From IMG/VR virus record IMGVR_UViG_3300020045_002200, positions 1 to 30,134 of that record: a stretch of DNA of 30,134 bases. The stretch is one strand, 5' to 3'. Below the pieces are notes generated by a model. It made no database searches. It saw nothing but the letters and a program-made list of their open reading frames with translations, and was not told where the DNA came from. Origin of the DNA: a virus. Taxonomy: Duplodnaviria; Caudoviricetes. The stretch's first letter is position 1. Each line of letters opens with the position of its first letter. Positions 1 through 7,908 of the stretch are shown here, piece after piece. The translations under genes were made by a program, and so were the position numbers.

Positions 1-275
1 CCATCAATATGATTCACTTGTGGTTTATTTTCTGGATTTTTAATAAATGCTAAAGCGACTAATCTATGCACTCCAATTTGTAATCTTTTTTTATTTAAAC
101 TTAAAGAAACTCTTAAATAACATTTTCTGCATTTTTGTAACTTAAGAGTTCTTCCAGTTTGCTTTCCAGAACCTATTCTATTTTTTAAAAAGTGGTCTAT
201 GCTTTTTACACTTCCGCTTTCTGATACAAAATATATTCCATTATATCCAGATACTTCTTTCCAAATTTCTTCCAT
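1..275 (-). CDS. NUMOD4-HNH homing endonuclease (runs off the window edge)
   Basis: Manual translation from ATG at 275: [25 protein letters not shown]...YLRVSL...[24 protein letters not shown]. This is the NUMOD4 N-terminus plus the start of the HNH motif. Not in the ORF track. Confidence 0.9.
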   Translation of the reverse strand, partial: MEEIWKEVSGYNGIYFVSESGSVKSIDHFLKNRIGSGKQTGRTLKLQKCRKCYLRVSLSLNKKRLQIGVHRLVALAFIKNPENKPQVNHID

Positions 276-324
276 TTTTTTAGTAAAGATAGTGATTTAT
301 CCGTGTATAATATGATAAATTAAT

Positions 325-939
325 TTAAAATTGTTTATTATTATTAATTTTGTTTATATACTCTTTTTTAATTTCTTCTGATTCTATAATTCTATCCCAA
401 ATTAAATCACAAATAGATTCGTCACGGTTAATAATTATTTCATGCCAGTATTCTATACCCTCGAAAACAATATAATTGAAGAAATGTGCCTTAATTCTAT
501 TAGTAGCCATCATTTGCATTTGCATTTGATAATAGTATTTTTTATCGATTTCGCCATCAGCAACCAACTTAAAAAAAGTGTTTGGTCTTGGGCATTTAAT
601 TTCTAAAATAGCATTTTCGCCTACCAAACCGTCAGGACTTGCCCCTGCATTTTCTCCTAATTCAATAAATCCACACTTTGAAACTTCTATAAAATCTAAA
701 GATTTCAATTCTTTAAATTTATTGAATGCTAAAGGTTCTAATTCAATGCCTCTCTCCATGTCATAAGAAACAAAATTTTCTTCTAACGTTCCGAAAAGTT
801 CTTCAATAGCTTTTTCAAAGGCATAAGTTTTACCAGTCTCACCGAGTCCTTTAATACCCATTAATTTATAAATTTCCGAAGCTGTAAACTTACCTAAACG
901 CTCGTTATACCATTCGTCTATACGTTGTAATTGTTCCAT
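325..939 (-). CDS. YqaJ/lambda-exonuclease family PD-(D/E)xK nuclease
   Basis: W...RLGKFTASE, GIELEP, GASPDG, LEIKCP and YYYQMQMQM motifs. Confidence 0.92.
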   Translation of the reverse strand: MEQLQRIDEWYNERLGKFTASEIYKLMGIKGLGETGKTYAFEKAIEELFGTLEENFVSYDMERGIELEPLAFNKFKELKSLDFIEVSKCGFIELGENAGASPDGLVGENAILEIKCPRPNTFFKLVADGEIDKKYYYQMQMQMMATNRIKAHFFNYIVFEGIEYWHEIIINRDESICDLIWDRIIESEEIKKEYINKINNNKQF

Positions 940-1424
940 TTTGTTTTAATTTCTTCGGTTAGTATATAATTTTTTTCTATTTGTTCAATAGTTGCATTTG
1001 CTTTTTTTGCGCTTTCAAACTTATCTTCTGTAAAATTAGGTTTTACTTTTTCTTTTGGTCGTATTGGTTTTATTCTAATTCCGTCCGTTATAGCACCCAT
1101 CATTTTAACATTTCTATCAACATATAACTCTAACTTCATACCCGCCCAATTTTCTATCACATGGCATTCCTTACCTATCAATCCGTCTTGTTTAGCAAAA
1201 CCAGATAATATTTTATTATTAGTTGAATTTAACTTTAAAGGTTTAACCGCTTCAATAAAGTAACAAAATATGCCGTCTTGTTTAGTTCCTGAGACATCTA
1301 CACCTATTTCGTATTTCACGTTTTTAATCGTGAATATTAAAGGTAATCCATCCGTTTCCATTGCGTCTAAGTCAGCACTTGCAAGGTGTGTTGATTTTCT
1401 GTATTTTCTCCAGTCTGTTTTCAT
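918..1424 (-). CDS. Conserved phage protein, candidate ssDNA-binding/annealing partner of the exonuclease
   Basis: Overlaps the exonuclease start. KPLKLNSTN...IENWAG..LELY...GIRI pattern. Function inferred from position only. Confidence 0.45.
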   Translation of the reverse strand: MKTDWRKYRKSTHLASADLDAMETDGLPLIFTIKNVKYEIGVDVSGTKQDGIFCYFIEAVKPLKLNSTNNKILSGFAKQDGLIGKECHVIENWAGMKLELYVDRNVKMMGAITDGIRIKPIRPKEKVKPNFTEDKFESAKKANATIEQIEKNYILTEEIKTKWNNYNV

Positions 1425-1429
1425 AATTC

Positions 1430-1528
1430 TATTTCTTTTAATTTATTTAATAATAATGTGTTTTCGCCTTGCTCGGCTAATAAAATGCAATAAGCTAATA
1501 ATTCTTTATTTTTATCCTCTTTGCTCAT
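1430..1528 (-). CDS. Small hypothetical protein (32 aa)
   Basis: MSKEDKNKELLAYCILLAEQGENTLLLNKLKK fills the gap between the neighbouring genes. Confidence 0.45.
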
Positions 1529-1736
1529 CGTTTAATATTTTATAGATTTCTTCCTCGTAACTATGTAGTAATTCTTGAATATCAACTGGATTATCTTCTA
1601 ATGTTATTTTGTGTACTTCAACATCAGGGAATTCCTCTGGTTCGTATTGTGTCGCTGGGTAGTACTTACCGCTAACCGTATAATAAGCGGTTAAGCTTAT
1701 ACCTTGTAAATCAAATGTGTGTGCGTTTAGTTTCAT
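1512..1736 (-). CDS. Hypothetical phage protein
   Basis: 74-aa ORF with a GKYYPATQYEPEEFP motif; ATGA overlap with the upstream gene. Confidence 0.7.
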   Translation of the reverse strand: MKLNAHTFDLQGISLTAYYTVSGKYYPATQYEPEEFPDVEVHKITLEDNPVDIQELLHSYEEEIYKILNDEQRG

Positions 1737-2050
1737 AATTCACGTTGTTTTAGCATTGCATCGGCTATATTATAAGAAGATATCGCTACCGCATCATAAG
1801 CGCTTCCGTCTTTAATTTCTTTAACTGAAACAACTTCTAATAATTCTGGATTAGAAAAACTCGCCATCATTGCTGAATTAGCAAAATAATCTCTTAAAGT
1901 CATTCCTATGGCATTAGGAAATGATAATTTTTCGTTTTTATTTTCTTCCATTTTTTTTGTATTTTTAATAATTTCTTTTTTATGATTTCCGCCAAAACAT
2001 AATTGGGCTAAATCACCAAACTCTTTTGTGGTTAATTTTTTTACTTCCAT
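1733..2050 (-). CDS. Hypothetical protein of the widespread phage 'GMTLRDYFA' family
   Basis: GMTLRDYFA...AM...SYNIADAMLKQRE motif. Confidence 0.8.
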   Translation of the reverse strand: MEVKKLTTKEFGDLAQLCFGGNHKKEIIKNTKKMEENKNEKLSFPNAIGMTLRDYFANSAMMASFSNPELLEVVSVKEIKDGSAYDAVAISSYNIADAMLKQREL

Positions 2051-2054
2051 AATC

Positions 2055-2162
2055 TTAATTATTAGCTACTTTATGAAATGCACGTACCATACGGTCATTA
2101 TCATTTAAGTAAACGTTATTAATTCTTTTCATCCAGTTGTAAAATTTTTCTGTGTTGCTCAT
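2055..2162 (-). CDS. Small hypothetical protein (35 aa)
   Basis: MSNTEKFYNWMKRINNVYLNDNDRMVRAFHKVANN; ATGA overlap with the upstream stop. Confidence 0.55.
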   Translation of the reverse strand: MSNTEKFYNWMKRINNVYLNDNDRMVRAFHKVANN

Positions 2163-2350
2163 GGTTTATTTGTTAAATATTCAAATTGATTTAATTTTAA
2201 TAAAACCGCTGTTAAGGCAAATTTTAATTGACTTAATTTTAATTCTCTTTCAGTTTTAGCTTCAGGATATTTATTCAATTCCCATTCGTTTAAACATTTT
2301 TCTATTAGATAAATTTCTTTTTCTAATAATTCTATTGCATAATTTTTCAT
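2159..2350 (-). CDS. Hypothetical protein
   Basis: 63-aa ORF in the leftward operon. Confidence 0.65.
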   Translation of the reverse strand: MKNYAIELLEKEIYLIEKCLNEWELNKYPEAKTERELKLSQLKFALTAVLLKLNQFEYLTNKP

Positions 2351-2361
2351 GATATTTAATT

Positions 2362-2607
2362 TTAAATTTTACGTTTACAATCTCCCAACAAAATAGCATC
2401 CATTCCCCATCCCCATTTCAATTTATCTTCACCATATTGGTCAGTATAAAAATTTCCGCTAAAATCATTAACTACTTCCCACTTTCCCCATACTTTCCCA
2501 TAACCATTAAACACTATATTTCTGTGGTAGTATTTACCTTCTAAAATAGCCAATTCATAATTAACTCCGTAAGTGTCAGAACCAAAATATAATTTTACCG
2601 TTTTCAT
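2362..2607 (-). CDS. Hypothetical protein, first gene of the leftward operon
   Basis: 81-aa ORF starting 26 nt downstream of a TATATTTG element. Confidence 0.7.
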   Translation of the reverse strand: MKTVKLYFGSDTYGVNYELAILEGKYYHRNIVFNGYGKVWGKWEVVNDFSGNFYTDQYGEDKLKWGWGMDAILLGDCKRKI

Positions 2608-2632
2608 AATTTCTTTGTTTTAAATTGTTTGA

Positions 2633-2662
2633 CAAATATACAACTAAATTTGAATAATACAA
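2633..2662 (-). promoter_or_regulatory. Bacteroidetes housekeeping-type promoter (leftward)
   Basis: The - strand reads TTG-N19-TATATTTG, matching the -33/-7 consensus TTG...TAnnTTTG. Confidence 0.75.
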
Positions 2663-2674
2663 CATTTTGTTGAT

Positions 2675-2693
2675 ATTTATAATAATTCTAAAT
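2675..2693. promoter_or_regulatory. 19-bp palindromic operator, Fur-box-like
   Basis: ATTTATAATAATTCTAAAT is a 9-1-9 inverted repeat with one mismatch, and there is a near-identical copy at 26852. It resembles the Flavobacteriia Fur box as I recall it (ATTTAGAATTATTCTAAAT). Confidence 0.6.
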
Positions 2694-2701
2694 TAGCTTA
2701 G

Positions 2702-2735
2702 TTTGTGAATTATATACTTATATGTTGTATATTTG
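2702..2735 (+). promoter_or_regulatory. Bacteroidetes housekeeping-type promoter (rightward), driving the cassette/MTase operon
   Basis: TTTG at 2702-2705 and TATATTTG at 2728-2735. Confidence 0.7.
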
Positions 2736-2751
2736 TTGAAATTAAAATATG

Positions 2752-2845
2752 GTATAATGTTTTGCAGATATGTGATGGTTGCCTAAGATGAATTAAATTA
2801 TTAACCGAGAAGTTTTTTGTAACCATTACCTATGTGCTGTTGGGC
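2752..2845. repeat. attC-like site 1 (degenerate left core)
   Basis: GTATAAT, then arm 2764-2782 (GCAGATATGTGATGGTTGC), loop, arm 2819-2837 (GTAACCATTACCTATGTGC), T, then core GTTGGGC at 2839. Confidence 0.55.
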
Positions 2846-2872
2846 GCGGTGCTTCTCATAAACTCAAATAAA

Positions 2873-3076
2873 ATGACAAACAAACAAATTAGAGAACATT
2901 TATTAACATCTGGTGTAAAGAACTTAAAAGAGTTTGGTTATCCAGAAGTAACAACCGAAACAATATTGACAGATGAAGTTTACAAGATATTTTTTAAGTC
3001 AATGTTGGAAGATAATTTAGGAAACGGGAAGCAAGTTGATGAAGTTATTGACCAGATTTTGTCTGAGGTCGAATAG
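2873..3076 (+). CDS. Hypothetical protein in cassette 1 (67 aa, MTNKQIREHL...)
   Basis: ATG at 2873 follows an A-rich leader and is preferred to GTG 2834, which lies inside the hairpin. The stop falls inside the terminal inverted repeat. Confidence 0.75.
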   Translation: MTNKQIREHLLTSGVKNLKEFGYPEVTTETILTDEVYKIFFKSMLEDNLGNGKQVDEVIDQILSEVE

Positions 3077-3082
3077 CATTGT

Positions 3083-3161
3083 GCCTAACGCTTGCGGCTA
3101 CAGTTTCGGCAGCCTATGGACAAACAAAGTTTCGGCTGCTGAAATGTAACCGCTGTTACCA
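3083..3161. repeat. attC-like site 2 (79 bp)
   Basis: GCCTAAC-GCTT-arm 3094-3114 (GCGGCTACAGTTTCGGCAGCC)-loop-arm 3134-3153 (GGCTGCTGAAATGTAACCGC)-T-GTTACCA, with one extrahelical base. Confidence 0.7.
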
Positions 3162-3206
3162 GAAGTACGGCAACTAACAATAAATAATTTAAAAACAAAT
3201 ATAAAA

Positions 3207-3527
3207 ATGGAAAATCAAATTTACAGAATCAATTTAGAAAACAGTGTTGATTTAGAAATATTCGTGATAGGCTCAAACGAACTTAATCCTTATAGACCAA
3301 TAAGAGAAATGGCAGTTCAGATTATTATAGGTGAAAAGCAATTAGATGGAGGTCTTGATTTAAATGAATTAGATTCATTGATTAAATACCTAAATGATTG
3401 CAAAGAATACATAGTTAAATACAATGAATCGAGTGTTGCTGAAAATGAGTTTTGTGAATGTGACGCAAATAGAGAATTAGACACATCGACTTATTTAGTA
3501 TGCAAAGAATGCGATAAGAAACTATGA
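3207..3527 (+). CDS. Hypothetical protein in cassette 2, with C-terminal CxC...CxxC
   Basis: 106-aa ORF bounded by GTTACCAGAAGTAC (3155-3168) and GTATTTCTGGTAAC (3540-3553). Confidence 0.75.
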   Translation: MENQIYRINLENSVDLEIFVIGSNELNPYRPIREMAVQIIIGEKQLDGGLDLNELDSLIKYLNDCKEYIVKYNESSVAENEFCECDANRELDTSTYLVCKECDKKL

Positions 3528-3585
3528 GTATTTATCGTAGTATTTCTGGTAACTATATACTAACCGCTATAAATGTATTATAATT

Positions 3586-3699
3586 ATGAAAAAAGTAATT
3601 AAAACGCTTGAAAAGAGTATCGAACTCGCAAAAGAATTGAATGTCAATAGTTATACTATTGTAAAAGATGGATTTGTAATTAATGTAAAAATAAAATAG
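3586..3699 (+). CDS. Small hypothetical protein (37 aa)
   Basis: MKKVIKTLEKSIELAKELNVNSYTIVKDGFVINVKIK, manual translation. Confidence 0.55.
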   Translation: MKKVIKTLEKSIELAKELNVNSYTIVKDGFVINVKIK

Positions 3700-3704
3700 A
3701 AATT

Positions 3705-3872
3705 ATGGAAGGTAAAGTAATATTTAGCTTAATTATAGTAGGTTTTGTAATTATATTTTTAATAGCAATTATAGTAGAATTTATATATCATTTATTAAGA
3801 GGCGAGGTAAAAATAAATAAAGAAGCTCTTAAATGGAAAAATATGGTAAAAATATGGAACGAAATAAAGTAA
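3705..3872 (+). CDS. Small membrane protein (55 aa)
   Basis: MEGKVIFSLIIVGFVIIFLIAIIVEFIY..., one transmembrane stretch; overlaps the MTase start. Confidence 0.6.
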   Translation: MEGKVIFSLIIVGFVIIFLIAIIVEFIYHLLRGEVKINKEALKWKNMVKIWNEIK

Positions 3873-4634
3873 TTAAAGGAGATTGTCTTGAAATAATGAA
3901 AAATATTACAGATGGAAGTATTGACATGATACTTTGTGATTTACCCTACAATGTGACAGGTTTAAAATGGGATAGTATTATTCCTTTTAATGAGTTGTGG
4001 TCACAATACGAAAGGATTATAAAGCCAAATGGCGCAATCGTATTAACGGCTATGCAACCATTTACCACTGAGTTAATTTATAACAATAAGAAAATGTTTA
4101 AATACTCAGTTATTTGGAATAAAGTAAAGCCTGGTAATTTCTTAACTGCAAAATTAAAACCTATGCAATCTCATGAAGATGTTTTAATATTTTCAAAAGC
4201 AAATACAGCAAATGGAAGTAAAAATAATATGGCTTACTATCCAATATTAGAGAAAAGATTGAAAACAAGGTCTTATAAAAAAGAAAAAGACAGTGATATT
4301 TATGCGAGAAAAAATACACTTTCAATAAATTACGAAACAGACTTTAAATATCCAAAATCAATTATTGAATTTAGCAATGCGAATCAAAAGAATAAATTGC
4401 ATCCAACACAAAAACCTGTTACTTTATTTGAATACCTTATAAAAACTTACACAAAAAGAGGAAGAAACGGTTTTAGATAATTGTGCGGGAAGTGGCACAA
4501 CAGGAATTGCTTGCATAAATACAAACAGAAACTATATTTTGATTGAAAATGAGCAAAAGTACTTTGATATTATAAATGAAAGAATTGACAAATATAACAA
4601 ATTACGAGCTGGAGAAGTTCTTATAGATGAATAA
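3854..4634 (+). pseudogene. Beta-class N6A/N4C DNA methyltransferase split by a single-base frameshift
   Basis: GDC, CDLPY (motif IV) and HPTQKP lie in the first frame. TVLDNCAGSGTTGIAC...YILIE (SAM-binding motif I) continues in the +1 frame after the A5 run at 4453-4457, ending at TAA 4632-4634. Confidence 0.88.
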
Positions 4635-4635
4635 G

Positions 4636-5037
4636 TCATCTATGTGACCTAAACTTTGGCAAATAAAACCATAAAAACACAAATAAACACAATATAAAAA
4701 ACAGGCTTGTATAGTCTGTTTTTTTTGTTTCTTTACTCTTTGTTATCTCAATTGTTTTAGTGATTGTTTGCCTATTATAAATCGTTTTTTTTAGTATATT
4801 ATGTTTGCTTTTATCTTTTGTAATTATAACATTTTTATATTCTTTACCGTTTAGAAACATCGATTTGTTATTATCAAACGGTTTAATAGTGAATATATCA
4901 TTTAAGATAGTTTCTTGTTTTAATATCACATCGTTATTAGTAGTTATAGTTCCTGATTCAAATGTGCTTTTATTTAGCTTAACATCACGTGTTGTTGAGC
5001 ATGAAATGAATAATAGTATAATGATTAAGTATTTCAT
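4636..5037 (-). CDS. Putative unimolecular spanin (lipoprotein with C-terminal TM)
   Basis: MKYLIIILLFIS-C lipoprotein signal and C-terminal hydrophobic SLFFILCLFVFLWFYL, directly after the endolysin. Confidence 0.7.
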   Translation of the reverse strand: MKYLIIILLFISCSTTRDVKLNKSTFESGTITTNNDVILKQETILNDIFTIKPFDNNKSMFLNGKEYKNVIITKDKSKHNILKKTIYNRQTITKTIEITKSKETKKTDYTSLFFILCLFVFLWFYLPKFRSHR

Positions 5038-5579
5038 GAAAGATATTTTTTAAGTAATTCTTTTCGATGTTCAATACCATTTAAACCACCGTTAATTTTT
5101 TTAGTTATTCCTATAATATCATTTTTATCAGCTAATTTATTTAAGCCTTTTAAATTCCAAAACCATAAAGCACTAATTATTGCGTTTGCTTCTTCTAATA
5201 ATAAATCTGGATTATTTAAGCAATCTAAATCAGTATCATTTGCTAATCTGAAATAGTTTTCTTTACCTGTTATCTGAATAAATCCACGCCCTCTATATTT
5301 CCAACCGTCTCCGCTTATTTCGTCTCCGTTACCCATACGATTGGCGTAAACTCGATTTGCTATTTTTTCTGGCTGTCTTGCGTATATAAAAGCAATATCA
5401 GAAACAGGAAAATATTTTTCAAATATATCCATTAATCCGCTTGTTGAATAATTTAGATTCTCGCTAACTGGCTTTAATCCGCTTTCATGTTCAATTTGAG
5501 CCATAAAATGTGCGATTCTTAACCGAGTATTAAGTCCATATTTTTCAAATAAAGTTTTATATTTTGTTTGTAGTTTCAT
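5034..5579 (-). CDS. Endolysin, glycoside hydrolase family 19
   Basis: AHFMAQIEHES, ENLNYS, YRGRGFIQITGKENY and TKKINGGLNG motifs. Confidence 0.95.
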   Translation of the reverse strand: MKLQTKYKTLFEKYGLNTRLRIAHFMAQIEHESGLKPVSENLNYSTSGLMDIFEKYFPVSDIAFIYARQPEKIANRVYANRMGNGDEISGDGWKYRGRGFIQITGKENYFRLANDTDLDCLNNPDLLLEEANAIISALWFWNLKGLNKLADKNDIIGITKKINGGLNGIEHRKELLKKYLS

Positions 5580-5580
5580 T

Positions 5581-5880
5581 TTATTTACTTTGAAATAACC
5601 ATATAAAAAAGCCTATCACGGCAGTAATTACCCCTTTTGCAACAAACTTAACATTATTCATATTATCATCGATTAACATCTGTTTAGCTTCTAAATCATC
5701 AACTTTACTTTCAAGTCGTTCCAATAAGTGAACTACTCCTTTTTTACCTGTTAATTCAGTGCCAGTTAATAGATTTCTAATATCTCTTGTAACTTCCTTA
5801 ACGTCTGTCATGTCTGACTTATAAACTTTAAAGTGGCTTTCTAATCTATCGACTTTTTCTTCTAATATTTTGTTTGTCAT
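5581..5880 (-). CDS. Lysis-module coiled-coil protein with C-terminal TM (holin-like/accessory)
   Basis: Coiled-coil followed by one C-terminal TM segment, immediately upstream of the endolysin. Confidence 0.5.
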   Translation of the reverse strand: MTNKILEEKVDRLESHFKVYKSDMTDVKEVTRDIRNLLTGTELTGKKGVVHLLERLESKVDDLEAKQMLIDDNMNNVKFVAKGVITAVIGFFIWLFQSK

Positions 5881-5906
5881 AATAGGGGCAATTATGCGTA
5901 ATTATT

Positions 5907-6068
5907 CTATTTAACCTCTTTTTTACTGTCTTGACTAAATAAAGCGAATAACGCTGCGCATATTGCAGCTAAAGCAATAAAATAATCTTTATAAGGCGTT
6001 TCAATTGTTGCTAAAGTACCTGATATACTGGCTACTGTTCCGAATAATGATGTTTTCCAATTTTTCAT
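5907..6068 (-). CDS. Putative holin (53 aa, two TM segments)
   Basis: MKNWKTSLFGTVASISGTLAT...YFIALAAICAALFALFSQDSKKEVK. KNWKT start and charged tail. Not in the ORF track. Confidence 0.75.
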   Translation of the reverse strand: MKNWKTSLFGTVASISGTLATIETPYKDYFIALAAICAALFALFSQDSKKEVK

Positions 6069-6137
6069 ATTTAATTTATTTAAAGTTTATTATAAAATTC
6101 TTTTGTTTCAAAGTCGAAGTATGGATTATCAAATTTT

Positions 6138-6386
6138 TCATAATCTTTCTAATTTTAAATAATTTAACAATAAGTTTTCAATATATTCCATTTCTTCACC
6201 CCATAATGAAAATTCATCTTCTGTTAATTGATAATTCCCATTTACTAAAACATCTCCATCTTCACTTTGAACTTCATAATAAGTTGAGCAATTTTTTGAG
6301 TTTGTTTCAAAAGGCAGAATTCTTGCCAATAATTTAACACCATCTTTTTGAGGTAATCCTAATTTAATCGTTTTTATTTCTATCAT
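6138..6386 (-). CDS. Small protein downstream of the tail fibre (possible fibre chaperone)
   Basis: Position, and GNYQLTEDEFSLWG motif. Confidence 0.55.
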   Translation of the reverse strand: MIEIKTIKLGLPQKDGVKLLARILPFETNSKNCSTYYEVQSEDGDVLVNGNYQLTEDEFSLWGEEMEYIENLLLNYLKLERL

Positions 6387-6398
6387 ATTTTATTTAAT

Positions 6399-7901
6399 TT
6401 ACCAAGTTGTTAATGCTGTTCTAACCCATGTATTAGTCGCTGTACATACATATATATATGTAGCTGTTATTCTAACTTCTCCTAAAGTACCTGTAGCTGT
6501 TGCGCTTGTTGGTGCTGTATTTAAAGCAGAAAGTTTATATTGAGTAGATAATATATCCCCATTTACTTTTAACTTATTTCCAGAGTCAACCGTCGTTCCT
6601 ATCAATACGTTACCAGTATTTCTTACCTGCATAGCGGTATTTCCTCCTGTATCTCCGTTAGTAGTTACCGTCACAAAATTTATTTCTGTACATCCTAATT
6701 GAGTACTTCCATTTGTTCCTCCAAAATATATTTTTGAAGTAGAAATTTCATCAAAATCAGCAGCAAAAATTTGATGGTTTTTTGTAACATCCGAAAAAGA
6801 TGGGGTTGTTATCCTTGCTATCTTTCTTACAGCATTAGTTTTTATATTTGAATTAACGTCCGCTCCGATTAGAAGTGAACCGTTAGCATTCCCGTTTCTA
6901 ATTTCAAAAGAATTAACCGATCCAATATTTCCGACAAATGTACTTAATCCAGTAAATGTAGGAGAAGATGTATTTGCTTTCAAAGCTAAAGCATCAAAAA
7001 CAGCATCTTCACTCGGCGACTTATCAGTTACTCCGTTGGTTATTGTTTGGGTTACTAATTGAACAGCACTACCGTTAGCCATTAATGCTTGTGTAGAAGT
7101 GCCTCCTGTTTTTATGAATGCGCTACCAAAAAAAGTGCCTCCTTTATTAATCAATCCAGTAATAGAGTTATTATCTTTTATTTGTAAAGCATAACCAGTA
7201 GACGATGTATCTCCATTTATTATTACAGCGGATACTTCATTCCCTATTTCAAATGTTTTACTGCCATTAATTGTTTGGTCACCTGTTAAATTAACCGTTT
7301 CGTCCGTAGTAGCTAAAGTGTAAACTCCAGCTACTGTTTTTGCAGGAAAGTTTAGCGTTGAATTTAATGTAGGTGTTTCAAATTTAACTTTTGTATGAAG
7401 CGCAAAAGATATTTGCATAATTTCTGCAACTCCTGAGTTTACACTAAAATGGCCTGTTTTCTGAGAAACATAGTCGGCTTGCGACATCACGCAACTGTTG
7501 TTGTCTATAGCTAACATTCCGTTTCCGTTGTCTATCCAATCGGAAGAAAATGCAAAAGCCGTATTAGACAATTCTCCGTCGTTTAAAAAATAAATTTCTT
7601 GCGATTTTCCATCTACATTAAAAGAACCAAATCCACCTGTATCTATAACTTTCTGTAAATCAATTGCATTAACCGCATCAACTGTTGGGTACTTAGTACC
7701 AGTGCCATCAATAGCAAGTGAGTTTTGTTTATTTGAAACATCTTCTTTACCTGATATAATAGGCGTTATATTACTTTTACGTATCTTTTTGCTTGTACCT
7801 TGTGCGCTTTCAGTTGTATCAGAAATATCAATTATATACAAAAAGTCATTATCATCTGGAGTCGTTAACTCTGGTTTGTCTGTTAATCTTGCGTTTGCCA
7901 T
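6399..7901 (-). CDS. Tail fibre / receptor-binding protein
   Basis: G/T/S/N-rich; LTGDQTINGSKTF, PSEDAVFDALALKAN, GNVLIGTT and C-terminal YIYVCTATNTWVR motifs. Confidence 0.8.
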   Translation of the reverse strand: MANARLTDKPELTTPDDNDFLYIIDISDTTESAQGTSKKIRKSNITPIISGKEDVSNKQNSLAIDGTGTKYPTVDAVNAIDLQKVIDTGGFGSFNVDGKSQEIYFLNDGELSNTAFAFSSDWIDNGNGMLAIDNNSCVMSQADYVSQKTGHFSVNSGVAEIMQISFALHTKVKFETPTLNSTLNFPAKTVAGVYTLATTDETVNLTGDQTINGSKTFEIGNEVSAVIINGDTSSTGYALQIKDNNSITGLINKGGTFFGSAFIKTGGTSTQALMANGSAVQLVTQTITNGVTDKSPSEDAVFDALALKANTSSPTFTGLSTFVGNIGSVNSFEIRNGNANGSLLIGADVNSNIKTNAVRKIARITTPSFSDVTKNHQIFAADFDEISTSKIYFGGTNGSTQLGCTEINFVTVTTNGDTGGNTAMQVRNTGNVLIGTTVDSGNKLKVNGDILSTQYKLSALNTAPTSATATGTLGEVRITATYIYVCTATNTWVRTALTTW

Positions 7902-7908
7902 ATTTTTT

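Noticed and set aside
284-291. TATCTTTA as a private promoter of the HNH gene
   Set aside because: Imperfect -7 match with no clear -33 element; too weak to call.
3094-3153. Reading the inter-ORF hairpin as a simple terminator
   Set aside because: It has no U-tract and a long loop, and a terminator would not explain the paired GTT/AAC ends around each ORF.
3554-3585. Possible third complete attC after cassette 2
   Set aside because: Only the AAC core is present; no partner arm or GTT core follows.
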